The notes under the pieces were generated by a model. It saw only the letters and a list, made by a program, of their open reading frames with translations. It did no database searches and was not told the DNA's origin. The position numbers and the translations under genes were made by a program. This document shows, piece after piece, positions 1 through 8,639 of a stretch of DNA of 32,000 nt. The first letter of the stretch is position 1; each line of letters begins with the position of its first letter. The DNA is taken from the NCBI RefSeq assembly GCF_000020025.1, contig NC_010628.1, forward strand, positions 210,001 to 242,000. The letters are read 5' to 3'. This DNA comes from Nostoc punctiforme PCC 73102. Its GTDB lineage: Bacteria > Cyanobacteriota > Cyanobacteriia > Cyanobacteriales > Nostocaceae.

Positions 1-102
1 AAAACAGCATATTTTTTTGAATGGCAAGTCTATAATATGGGATGCTAACAGCGATCGCACACCATTAAATCCCTACAAATTTTGATTTATCAAAAATTAA
101 AA

Positions 103-140
103 ATAGCGCTAGCCTAATCACAGGCTGGCGCTATTTTTTT
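103..140. terminator. Bidirectional intrinsic terminator hairpin downstream of the 207..479 gene
   Basis: 12-bp stem ATAGCGCTAGCC/GGCTGGCGCTAT (one G-U) with an 8-nt loop. An A-run lies to the left and a T-run to the right, so it reads as hairpin plus U-tract on either strand. Confidence 0.6.
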
Positions 141-206
141 GATTTAATTCACGATAGTTAAATAAGTTTCCTAAATTACTTTCAGTTATTGTCCGCAATT
201 ATGCTT

Positions 207-479
207 TTAGACTGCACTGCGATTTGTTAATAAATTCCAGAGGAAAACTGCAACAATTGCACCCAGAACTGCTACTGCAATACCCGGGATACTTAGAGTT
301 GGAGCTGCTAAACTTAACGTTCCTGTACTGAAAAATACTCCTAGACTACCACCAACAAAAGCGCCGATGATTCCTAATAAGATTGTTCCTAGAATACCGC
401 CACCTTGATGACCGGGGTAGATAGCTTTAGCGATCGCACCAGCAATTAGACCTAAAACAATCCAAGCAAGAATATTCAT
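207..479 (-). CDS. GlsB/YeaQ/YmgE family (transglycosylase-associated) small stress membrane protein
   Basis: 90-aa Gly-rich protein with multiple TM segments. The N-terminus MNILAWIVLGLIAGAIAK...GIIGAFVGG is typical of this family. Confidence 0.8.
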   Translation of the reverse strand: MNILAWIVLGLIAGAIAKAIYPGHQGGGILGTILLGIIGAFVGGSLGVFFSTGTLSLAAPTLSIPGIAVAVLGAIVAVFLWNLLTNRSAV

Positions 480-657
480 TGTTATTAATTCGGTAAACGT
501 TTTTCACTCACGAATACATATTAGACCTCTTGCTCTTTTGAATCCATCTACCATCAGAATCAATCATTAATATCCATAAGGAATAGTTTAATTGCAACTA
601 GGCTTTGTTGATATATACCGCCACTTCAGGTAGATAATCGCTAAAAAAAGATCAATT

Positions 658-691
658 AAAAAAAGCTCCTAATAGGTCTTGAATTAGGAGC
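658..691 (-). terminator. Minus-strand intrinsic terminator with no assigned upstream gene
   Basis: 9-bp stem GCTCCTAAT (665-673)/ATTAGGAGC (683-691) with a 9-nt loop. It is preceded on the + strand by A7 (658-664), which is a U7 tract after the hairpin on the minus strand. Confidence 0.5.
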
Positions 692-895
692 CGATCAAAC
701 TATTGCTTGGTAATTGCAGTATATGGCTTTTTAATTAGGTCTCTCCTCTACTAGAAGAATTAAGCTGAGTTTTCAAAGACTGTCTCTAAAGTAATGTAAA
801 GGAGCAAAATCAGGCAATTGCTACTAGTAGTGTACCAAGGTAACTTTGCTAAGTAAAACCTCTAATTGGTAAAATAGCCAAAAACGGGGTGTAAC

Positions 896-1336
896 ATGGC
901 AAAAAAGTACATTGTTGACTTGAATGAAGATGAAGTTTCCCAACTGCAATCGATAATTAAGAAAGGTAAGCATAAGGCAAGAACCATAAGCCGTGCAAAC
1001 ATTCTTTTGATGGCTTCCGAAGGAGAAACGGATCAAGCGATCGCTAGCATAGTTAGAGCGCATGTTGCAACAGTGCAACGAATACGAGAAAAATTTGTCA
1101 TTGGAGGGTTAGATTTTGCTTTAAAGGATGAAGTTCATCCACCAAAACATAAAAAATTAGATGAAAAGCAAGAAGCATTTTTGATTGCAACAGCTTGTTC
1201 TAATCCGCCAGAAGGAAGAGTGCGTTGGACAATGCAATTATTAGCAGATCATTTAGTGAACGTTGGTATCATAGATTCAATCTCAGATGAAACAGTACGT
1301 CAAACTTTAAAAAAAATGAAATTAAGCCTTGGTTGA
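896..1336 (+). CDS. IS630 transposase N-terminal (helix-turn-helix) part, upstream frame
   Basis: 146-aa ORF with HTH-like regions. It ends 20 nt after the A8 run at 1309-1316. The -1 frame continues ...[15 protein letters not shown], the usual junction in IS630 transposases. Confidence 0.85.
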   Translation: MAKKYIVDLNEDEVSQLQSIIKKGKHKARTISRANILLMASEGETDQAIASIVRAHVATVQRIREKFVIGGLDFALKDEVHPPKHKKLDEKQEAFLIATACSNPPEGRVRWTMQLLADHLVNVGIIDSISDETVRQTLKKMKLSLG

Positions 1337-2063
1337 AAGAACAATGGTGTATTCCTGAAGTTAACGCAGAATATGTTTTCCGAATGGAAGATGTGCTGGA
1401 TTTATACAATGAGCCTTATGATCCTAAACGCCCTGTAGTCTGCTTTGATGAACGTCCATACCAATTAGTAGAAGAAGTAAGACTTCCTTTGCCACCACAG
1501 CCAGAGCAACCTGAACGTTATGATTTTGAGTATAAACGTAACGGGACAGTAAATTTATTCGCATGTTTTCAACCCTTGGCTGGATGGCGGCATATCGAAG
1601 TTACAGAACGTCGAACTAAAGCCGATTTTGCTAAACAAATGAAAAATTTAGTAGATGTTTCCTACCGAGATGCCGATGTTATTCGTTTAGTAGTTGATAA
1701 CTTGAATATTCATACACCCAATGCATTATATGAAGTTTTTCCACCAGAAGAAGCACGTCGAATTATTCAAAAGTTAGAGTTTCACTATACTCCTAAACAC
1801 GCTTCTTGGTGAGCCAGTGCGTTGGGCGGGTTCCCCGACTTGAAGCAACTGGCGAACCCGAAGGGCTGAATCAGGTAGAAATCGAATTATCTGTTTTATC
1901 TCGCCAATGTTTAGAACGGCGTATTCCTAATGCAGAAACATTAACTTCTGAGATTGCCGCTTGGGAGAAAAAACGTAATCAGCAAAAAGCTAGTGTTTAT
2001 TGGGGTTTTCAAACCAAAGATGCTCGCCGAAAAATGGAGCGTTTATATCCAAATTTAACATAG
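1333..2063 (+). pseudogene. IS630 transposase DDE catalytic part, interrupted by a 56-nt insert at 1810..1865
   Basis: ORFs 1333..1812 and 1806..2063 join into the contiguous family motif HYTPKHASW|LNQVEIELSVLSRQCL only if 1810..1865 is removed. The insert begins with an in-frame TGA and its length is not a multiple of 3. Confidence 0.85.
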
Positions 2064-2413
2064 CAAAGTTAGCTTGGCAGACTACTAGGTGCGTAGTTTT
2101 AGCAACTTTATTAGCTGCATTTCACACTTGGGCATCGCCAGGATACTCGTCACATCGCATTTCTTCAGGATGGATGGAGGATTAGGTATTAGTTAGGATT
2201 TAAGGATGAGTTATGGAAGACCAAAAGCATAGCATCGAACAAGTTGGACATTGCCACCCCAAAGGAAACGGACTGCCTTGCCGTTGTCGCATCTGGCGCG
2301 ACACAGAGGAATAAGAGTACAAAAATGTAACTAATATTATGAAGCGATCTAGAAAAACTTAGACTATTTTTTGATACTATTTAAGACCGGACTCTTGAAA
2401 TGTTAATTTACGT

Positions 2414-3817
2414 ATGAGCAAAGGTACCCTGTTTGATAAAGTTTGGGACTTACACACCGTTGGTACACTTCCCTCTGGGCTGACGCAACTATTTATTGGG
2501 CTTCACCTAATTCATGAAGTCACCAGTCCCCAGGCCTTTGCTATGTTACGCGAGAGGGGTCTAAAAGTACTGTTTCCAGAGCGGACTGTCGCCACAGTCG
2601 ATCATATTGTGCCGACAGAAAACCAGGCACGTCCTTTTGTTGATAGTTTGGCAGAAGAGATGATTCAGGCGCTCGAAAATAACTGCCAAGAAAATAACAT
2701 AACTTTTTACAACATCGGTTCTGGTAGTCAGGGTATAGTTCATGTCATCGCTCCAGAACTCGGACTGACTCAACCAGGAATGACGATCGCTTGTGGAGAT
2801 AGCCACACTTCGAGTCATGGGGCATTTGGTGCGATCGCATTTGGTATCGGTACTAGCCAAGTGCGGGATGTTCTCGCTTCCCAAACTCTCGCCCTTTCCA
2901 AACTGAAAGTCCGCAAAATTGAAGTTAACGGCAACCTGAACCCAGGAGTTTACGCCAAAGATGTCATCCTGCATATCATCCGCACCCTTGGCGTTAAAGG
3001 TGGTGTGGGCTATGGCTACGAATTTGCAGGTACGACATTTGAACAAATGAATATGGAAGAGAGGATGACTGTCTGCAATATGGCGATCGAAGGCGGTGCT
3101 AGATGCGGCTATGTCAATCCAGATCGAGTCACCTACGATTACCTCAAAGGCAGAGATTTTGCGCCCAAAGGAGCAGATTGGGATAAAGCAGTGGCTTGGT
3201 GGGATTCCATCAAGAGCGATGTTGATGCCCAGTACGATGATGTAGTCGTATTCGACGCTGCGGAAATTTCTCCTACTGTTACCTGGGGGATTACTCCCGG
3301 TCAAGGTATCGGTGTCAACCAGTCAGTGCCTCAACCAGAAGAACTGCTTGAAGAAGACCGATTTATTGCCGAAGAAGCTTACCGCTACATGGATTTATAT
3401 CCTGGTCAACCCATTAAGGGTACCAAAATAGATGTCTGCTTTATTGGTAGTTGCACCAACGGCAGAATTAGTGATTTACGGGAAGCGGCGAAAATCGCCA
3501 AAGGCCGCCATGTTGCAGAGGGAATCAAAGCCTTTGTTGTCCCTGGTTCTGAAAGGGTGAAGCAAGAGGCGGAAACTGAAGGACTGGATAAAATCTTTCA
3601 GGAAGCTGGATTTGAATGGCGTGAACCGGGATGTTCTATGTGCCTAGCTATGAACCCCGATAAGCTACAAGGAAGACAAATCAGTGCCTCCTCGTCTAAC
3701 CGCAACTTTAAAGGAAGGCAGGGTTCATCCTCCGGTCGAACATTGTTAATGAGTCCGGCAATGGTTGCCACTGCTGCAATTAAAGGCGAAGTCTCTGATG
3801 TGCGCGAGTTGCTGTAA
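2414..3817 (+). CDS. leuC: 3-isopropylmalate dehydratase large subunit
   Basis: 467 aa of the aconitase family. Fe-S cluster cysteines sit in GSCTNGR and GCSMCL, and CGDSHT is present. leuD follows directly. Confidence 0.97.
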   Translation: MSKGTLFDKVWDLHTVGTLPSGLTQLFIGLHLIHEVTSPQAFAMLRERGLKVLFPERTVATVDHIVPTENQARPFVDSLAEEMIQALENNCQENNITFYNIGSGSQGIVHVIAPELGLTQPGMTIACGDSHTSSHGAFGAIAFGIGTSQVRDVLASQTLALSKLKVRKIEVNGNLNPGVYAKDVILHIIRTLGVKGGVGYGYEFAGTTFEQMNMEERMTVCNMAIEGGARCGYVNPDRVTYDYLKGRDFAPKGADWDKAVAWWDSIKSDVDAQYDDVVVFDAAEISPTVTWGITPGQGIGVNQSVPQPEELLEEDRFIAEEAYRYMDLYPGQPIKGTKIDVCFIGSCTNGRISDLREAAKIAKGRHVAEGIKAFVVPGSERVKQEAETEGLDKIFQEAGFEWREPGCSMCLAMNPDKLQGRQISASSSNRNFKGRQGSSSGRTLLMSPAMVATAAIKGEVSDVRELL

Positions 3818-3821
3818 TTTT

Positions 3822-3856
3822 TTGGTCATTGGTCATTGGTCATTTGTCATTTGTAG
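3822..3856. repeat. STRR heptamer array (TTGGTCA x3, then TTTGTCA and TTTGTAG)
   Basis: Direct tandem heptamers immediately after the leuC stop codon. TTGGTCA is a classic STRR unit of heterocystous cyanobacteria. Confidence 0.9.
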
Positions 3857-3898
3857 AAATTAACAGGCTGTCATTGAAATGATAGGTAAATAAAAATT

Positions 3899-4507
3899 AT
3901 GGTGAGTGAAGTTAAAACAGTTTCAGGGCGCGGTATACCCTTGGTGGGCAATGATATAGATACCGATCGCATCATTCCCGCGCGATATTTAAAAGCCGTT
4001 ACCTTTGATGGGTTAGGTGAAGGTGCGTTTATTGATGACCGGACAGCACTTAAAGGTGAACATCCCTTTGACCAACCGCAATATCAAGGCGCAAATATTT
4101 TAATAGTCAACCGTAATTTTGGCTGTGGTTCATCACGGGAACACGCACCCCAAGCGATCGCAAAATGGGGAATCCAAGCTTTAATCGGTGAAAGCTTCGC
4201 AGAAATCTTTTTTGGTAACTGTGTGGCAATGGGTATACCTTGTCTGACAGCCGACGCTGCTACTGTTAAACAACTGCAAAAGTTAGTAGCTGCCAATCCT
4301 CAAGCCTCTGTGACAGTGAATCTGGAAACTTTGCAAGTGCAAATTGATAATTATACTGCCCCAGTTGCAATCGGTGAAGGTACAAGAAGCACATTTATTT
4401 CTGGGACTTGGGATGCTTGCGGTCAGTTGGTGGCGAATGCTAGCCAAGTTCGGAAAACATCTGCAAAATTACCCTACATAGGTTGGGGCAATATAGCCGC
4501 AAGTTAG
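3899..4507 (+). CDS. leuD: 3-isopropylmalate dehydratase small subunit
   Basis: 202 aa with the aconitase swivel-domain motif [14 protein letters not shown]. Adjacent to leuC. Confidence 0.95.
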   Translation: MVSEVKTVSGRGIPLVGNDIDTDRIIPARYLKAVTFDGLGEGAFIDDRTALKGEHPFDQPQYQGANILIVNRNFGCGSSREHAPQAIAKWGIQALIGESFAEIFFGNCVAMGIPCLTADAATVKQLQKLVAANPQASVTVNLETLQVQIDNYTAPVAIGEGTRSTFISGTWDACGQLVANASQVRKTSAKLPYIGWGNIAAS

Positions 4508-4590
4508 TTTTTTCTCATTCTCTGCTTGTCAGACAGGGAATGAGAAAATGGCAAAAATTTTATAACTACTTGCTCAAAATATCAAGATTG

Positions 4591-4609
4591 GGGTGGGCAT
4601 CGCCCACCC
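4591..4609. terminator. GC-rich hairpin between convergent leuD and glgB
   Basis: GGGTGGGC atc GCCCACCC, an 8-bp G+C stem, lying between the two stop codons at 4507 and 4617. The U-tracts are weak. Confidence 0.45.
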
Positions 4610-4616
4610 AAAATTG

Positions 4617-6908
4617 TTATCCAATTACCTCAGCAGTCTTCTTCTTATCCAACTTGAGAATCAACACACCCAAAGGTGGCAAACACAAATCTAGCGAATA
4701 GGGACGACTGTGCAAAGACCAATCATCAGTCCACTTACCGCCTAAGTTACCCATATTGCTACCGCCATATTGACGTGCATCACTATTGAATAACTCAGTG
4801 TAAAATCCCTTCTGCGGTACACCGATGCGGTAGTGAGAATGGGGTTGCGGTGTAAAATTGCAAACTACGATCGCAAAATCATCAGAATCCTTATCACGAC
4901 GGATGAATGAAACTACACTATGGCGGTTATCGCTACAGTCAATCCATTCAAACCCAGGTTCAGCAAAATCCTGGGTGTACAAAACTGGTTCAGAACGGTA
5001 GAGATGGTTCAAACCCTGGAAAAAGGTTTTTAACTGTTGGTGTGGTTCATGCTGCAATAAATGCCACTCCAAATCAGCCCAAGCATTCCACTCACTCCAC
5101 TGCCCAAACTCCATGCTCATAAACATAGTTTTCTTGCCTGGGTGAGCAAACATATAGGTAAATAAACAACGGATATTAGCTAACTTCTGCCATGTATCCC
5201 CCGGCATTTTGCCGATGATATTGCTCTTACCATGCACCACTTCATCGTGGGACAGAGCCAGCATAAAGTTCTCGCTGTGGTTGTACCACATACTAAAGGT
5301 GATATTGTTTTGGTGGAACTGGCGGAACCAAGGGTCCATGCTGAAGTAATCCAGCATATCGTGCATCCAGCCCATATTCCACTTCAAGTTAAAGCCCAGC
5401 CCGCCTGTATAGGTTGGCCAAGATACCATTGGCCAAGAAGTAGATTCTTCAGCAATGGAGAGAATACCGGGGAAATAACTAAAGATAATGTGATTTACCT
5501 GACGCAGAAAATCTGCTGCTTCTAGGTTTTCTCTGCCGCCGTACTGGTTGGGCAACCATTCTCCTGGTTCGCGGCAATAATCGTTATAAAGCATTGAGGC
5601 AACAGCATCGACACGAATCCCATCAATGTGATACTTGTCGAACCAAAAGAGGGCATTTGCTGCTAAGAAATTACTGACTTCATGGCGACCGTAGTTGAAC
5701 ACCAAAGTACCCCATCCTTTGTGTTCGCCCTTGCGGGGGTCAGCATGTTCGTACAGGTGGCTACCATCAAAGAAAGCTAAACCATGTCCATCTTTGGGGA
5801 AGTGACCAGGAACCCAATCCACAATTACCCCTATATCATTTTGGTGACATTTGTCAACAAAATACATGAAATCTTCGGGACTGCCAAAACGGGAGGTGGG
5901 AGCATAGTACCCAGTTACTTGATAACCCCAAGAACCATCAAAGGGATGCTCCGCAATGGGCAGCATTTCTATATGGGTGTATCCCAATTCTTTGACATAA
6001 GGAATGAGTCGGTCAGCTAGTTCCCGGTAGGTAAGGAAACGTGCGCCCGGCTTAAGTTCTGAAACAACAACTACCGGTTCAGTTTCACCATTTGGCAGTT
6101 TAGCAGGTTCGGCACTCGAAGCGTGTAACCAAGAGCCTAGATGCACTTCATAAACTGAGACAGGCTGGGTAAGGGGGTCAGTGTGTCGCCGCTTTTCCAT
6201 CCAGCTTTCGTCATTCCAGGTGTAAGCATCTAAATCAGTGACAATGGATGCCGTTTTCGGGCGGGGTTCTTGCTGGAAACCGTAGGGATCGGATTTTTCG
6301 TAAATGTGTCCTTCAAAATTTTTGATTTCATATTTGTAATGTTCTCCCATACCGATTTCAGGAATAAACAATTCCCAAACCCCAGTTGGCCCTTTACGCA
6401 TTTGGTGTTTGCGCCCATCCCAAAGGTTGAAATCTCCTAACAATGAAACATTCCGGGCGTTGGGTGCCCAAACTGCAAAATAAACGCCCTTAACGCCGCC
6501 TATTTCCGTGGGGTGCGCTCCCAGTTTTTCATATATTCGGTGATGGTTGCCTTCACTAAACAAATGCAAATCAAAGTCTGTCAAATTGGGAGAACGGAAG
6601 GCGTAAGGGTCATAAGTAACACGCTCATGTTCCCCTTCTTTAATTCGTAACTGGTAGTTTGCCAGTTCTGCGGTTTCAATAGTGCATTCAAAAAAGTGAG
6701 GATGATGCACTGTTTGCATTGGGTATTCTTTCCGTTGTTCAGGAAGAACGACCCATACTGCACTTGCATTTGGTAGATAGGCCCGCACAGCCCAGACGGT
6801 TTTGCCGTCTTGTTCTATGGGATGAGAACCTAGTATTTCAAAGGGATCGTTATGCTGATTCCAAACGATGCTATTAACCTGTTCAGGGGCGATCGTGGTC
6901 ATGGACAT
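4617..6908 (-). CDS. glgB: 1,4-alpha-glucan branching enzyme
   Basis: 763 aa, GH13 family. Motifs [23 protein letters not shown] and [10 protein letters not shown], with a length typical of GlgB. Confidence 0.97.
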   Translation of the reverse strand: MSMTTIAPEQVNSIVWNQHNDPFEILGSHPIEQDGKTVWAVRAYLPNASAVWVVLPEQRKEYPMQTVHHPHFFECTIETAELANYQLRIKEGEHERVTYDPYAFRSPNLTDFDLHLFSEGNHHRIYEKLGAHPTEIGGVKGVYFAVWAPNARNVSLLGDFNLWDGRKHQMRKGPTGVWELFIPEIGMGEHYKYEIKNFEGHIYEKSDPYGFQQEPRPKTASIVTDLDAYTWNDESWMEKRRHTDPLTQPVSVYEVHLGSWLHASSAEPAKLPNGETEPVVVVSELKPGARFLTYRELADRLIPYVKELGYTHIEMLPIAEHPFDGSWGYQVTGYYAPTSRFGSPEDFMYFVDKCHQNDIGVIVDWVPGHFPKDGHGLAFFDGSHLYEHADPRKGEHKGWGTLVFNYGRHEVSNFLAANALFWFDKYHIDGIRVDAVASMLYNDYCREPGEWLPNQYGGRENLEAADFLRQVNHIIFSYFPGILSIAEESTSWPMVSWPTYTGGLGFNLKWNMGWMHDMLDYFSMDPWFRQFHQNNITFSMWYNHSENFMLALSHDEVVHGKSNIIGKMPGDTWQKLANIRCLFTYMFAHPGKKTMFMSMEFGQWSEWNAWADLEWHLLQHEPHQQLKTFFQGLNHLYRSEPVLYTQDFAEPGFEWIDCSDNRHSVVSFIRRDKDSDDFAIVVCNFTPQPHSHYRIGVPQKGFYTELFNSDARQYGGSNMGNLGGKWTDDWSLHSRPYSLDLCLPPLGVLILKLDKKKTAEVIG

Positions 6909-7016
6909 GAAGCTACCTAAGTGAAATAACGTGATTGACTAAATCTACTTTTTTAATATCTATATATATTCTTTACATTTATTTGCAATTTTGTCGCCAC
7001 CGTTATCGTACATCAG

Positions 7017-7054
7017 AATGGGGAATGGGGAATGGGGAATGGGGAATGGGGAAT
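7017..7054. repeat. STRR heptamer array (AATGGGG/GGGGAAT x5)
   Basis: Five perfect tandem heptamers between the glgB upstream region and the stop codon of the 7058..7393 ORF. Confidence 0.9.
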
Positions 7055-7057
7055 TTA

Positions 7058-7393
7058 TCAAAAATTTAAAAATGGGAAAAACTGAAGTAAGGTTTTACGT
7101 AGGCGAAGCAAGAAAATCTGTTCCCGAATTTTGGGATCTAGTTTTGGTGGTGGGGCTTCTTGAAGCTGCGCTTGTACTTGAATATATTCGGCAGCTGTTA
7201 GGAAACTTCCATCAATAGGCGATCGCGCTTCTATGATAATCTTTGTCCGTAATATTTCTTCTGGTGTATCTTCGGGTGGCGGTAATGCTATGACTATCGA
7301 TGATGTCCAATAGCCACTTACCACAAAAAAAGTTGCACTAATCACAAACAAGCTCAGAAATTTTACTGCCTTTATCGCTTTAACTCTCCCCAT
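7058..7393 (-). CDS. Hypothetical membrane-anchored protein
   Basis: The ORF is open to 7438, but the ATG at 7393 (MGRVKAIKAVKFLSLFVISATFFVVSGYW) gives an N-terminal TM anchor. No family recognised. Confidence 0.5.
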   Translation of the reverse strand: MGRVKAIKAVKFLSLFVISATFFVVSGYWTSSIVIALPPPEDTPEEILRTKIIIEARSPIDGSFLTAAEYIQVQAQLQEAPPPKLDPKIREQIFLLRLRKTLLQFFPFLNF

Positions 7394-7713
7394 ATTCTGA
7401 ACTGCATTCACAACGCAGCATGAAAATCTGTTTCCCAATACCCAATTCCCAAAGTTAGAAATTTTCCCAATAAAAATCTGGCAATATCAAGAAACATCAC
7501 TAGGTCTGTCCTAATACAGAATAGACTACAGGGAATGCTCTTGAGCAATTGCCAGCGATCGCAATGAATTCTTTTGTCCTCTCAAAACTCAGGAGTTTAA
7601 GCTATTCCAAACACTAAATCGTGGAAGTATTTTGCCCACAAGATGACTTAGATTTACGGAACTAAACTCACTTTTACTTGGAATAAGGTTCGGTCAGGCG
7701 AGATTTTTCAGGC

Positions 7714-7760
7714 GGACACTTGGTTGACGAGGTAATCCTCATCACCAGTGTCCTTTTATT
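7714..7760 (+). terminator. Plus-strand intrinsic terminator with no upstream plus-strand gene
   Basis: Long imperfect hairpin GGACACTTGGTTGACGAGG taat CCTCATCACCAGTGTCC followed by TTTTATT. The reverse complement has no U-tract. Confidence 0.5.
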
Positions 7761-7924
7761 GCTGCCCTACTTAGCTGATATTTGAGCAAACTCTAGGCTC
7801 TGATACACCAAAAGAAAGATAAAGGTTTCTAGATAAACCTATTAATTCAAGCTATGTGGTGAGGAGCGTTGTTACTAAGCTGTTTTAGGCATGATTTCAA
7901 CTAAAGCTAAAAGCTTAAGATGCC

Positions 7925-8134
7925 TTATTTAGGAGTAGCAGCAGGTGTAGTCGCAGGTGTAGCAGCAGGTGTAGGCGCAGGTGTGGTTTTAGTAGCGGGA
8001 GGCGCATCAGTTGGTTCACCTGTAGCAGCAGGAGTACTAGGAGTAGTACCACCATCACCACCGCCTTCACCACAGGCTCCCAGAATTGTAGCTAGACTTA
8101 AGATTACAGCCAAACCAAAGATTTTTGTTTTCAT
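7925..8134 (-). CDS. Small lipoprotein with a Pro/Thr/Ala-rich tail
   Basis: 69 aa. Signal peptide MKTKIFGLAVILSLATILGAC with a lipobox-like LGAC, then a low-complexity PT/A-rich region. Confidence 0.7.
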   Translation of the reverse strand: MKTKIFGLAVILSLATILGACGEGGGDGGTTPSTPAATGEPTDAPPATKTTPAPTPAATPATTPAATPK

Positions 8135-8639
8135 AACTCCTCTTTCACCAATTGTGGCTAGAAAAATTTTTCGCCTGTTGAATACGATACCGTATTTATT
8201 GCTTTTTTTTTAATGCTGTGAGATTACATACTTAAAAAAAATAATCCTTTGGGATATTCTTTATTAGCAGTATGTCTCATACAGCTATCTGATTAGTTTC
8301 TCTTAACTCAGAAGCAAAAAGGAAATTACCGAATTTTCTAGCAAACCGAGCTATCATAACAAAAAATTTTATTTTTTTCACAGAGTATTGCACCTTGCTG
8401 CCCGGCATTGCCATACTTTAGGTGCTATCTCTAAAGGGTAAGCTGTCCAGTTGCTAATCGCTGATTGCAAACATTGCAAATCTAGAGGATGCAAACATTG
8501 CTACAGCTACCTATCAGAACAGTTAAAAGGGTGTAGTCTGTTATGTGTGCTTGTTGCACAGAAGGAACTTTTAACCCTATCAAAAACAGACAATCAAGAA
8601 AATCGATCTAAAGTACAGTATTTTCCATCTAAAAACTTT

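Larger units (their letters stand above)
827..2085 (+). mobile_element. IS630-family insertion sequence, copy A (1259 bp)
   Basis: About 30-bp imperfect terminal inverted repeats (GTAGTGTACCAAGGTAACTTTGCTAAGT versus the reverse complement of ACATAGCAAAGTTAGCTTGGCAGACTAC). Flanking TA at 825-826 and 2086-2087, the IS630/Tc1-mariner target duplication. Identical to 19113..20371 except at 984 and 1459. Confidence 0.93.

Noticed and set aside
824-1078. 84-aa minus-strand ORF, duplicated at 19110..19364
   Set aside because: It is antisense to the IS630 transposase N-terminus and crosses the IS terminal repeat. It is duplicated only because the IS is duplicated.
1809-1866. The 56-nt insert can be phased to begin with GT(GAG) and end with AG, like a spliceosomal intron
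   Set aside because: Bacteria have no spliceosome, and the boundary is ambiguous by 1-2 G residues. The insert is far too small for a group I or group II intron. I regard the GT...AG pattern as coincidence.
2000-2185. 61-aa ORF crossing the right end of IS630 copy A, and the IS-derived N-terminus of ORF 20286..20951
   Set aside because: These reading frames are created by the IS junction. The real coding segment of the second one is the TauD-like C-terminal half, starting at 20374.
2259-2273. 15-mer CCAAAGGAAACGGAC shared with 18664..18678 (upstream of leuC and upstream of the TauD-like gene)
   Set aside because: There is no similarity beyond the 15 nt on either side. One exact 15-mer coincidence is about what chance predicts for a 32-kb window compared with itself on both strands.
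2561-3304. 247-aa ORF on the minus strand
   Set aside because: It lies entirely antisense to leuC, whose identity is unambiguous. It has no recognisable motifs and is a typical shadow ORF.
7920-8213. 97-aa plus-strand ORF (AGV/PPS-rich)
   Set aside because: It is the mirror image of the low-complexity lipoprotein gene on the minus strand. That gene has a proper signal peptide and lipobox; the plus-strand product has no such features.
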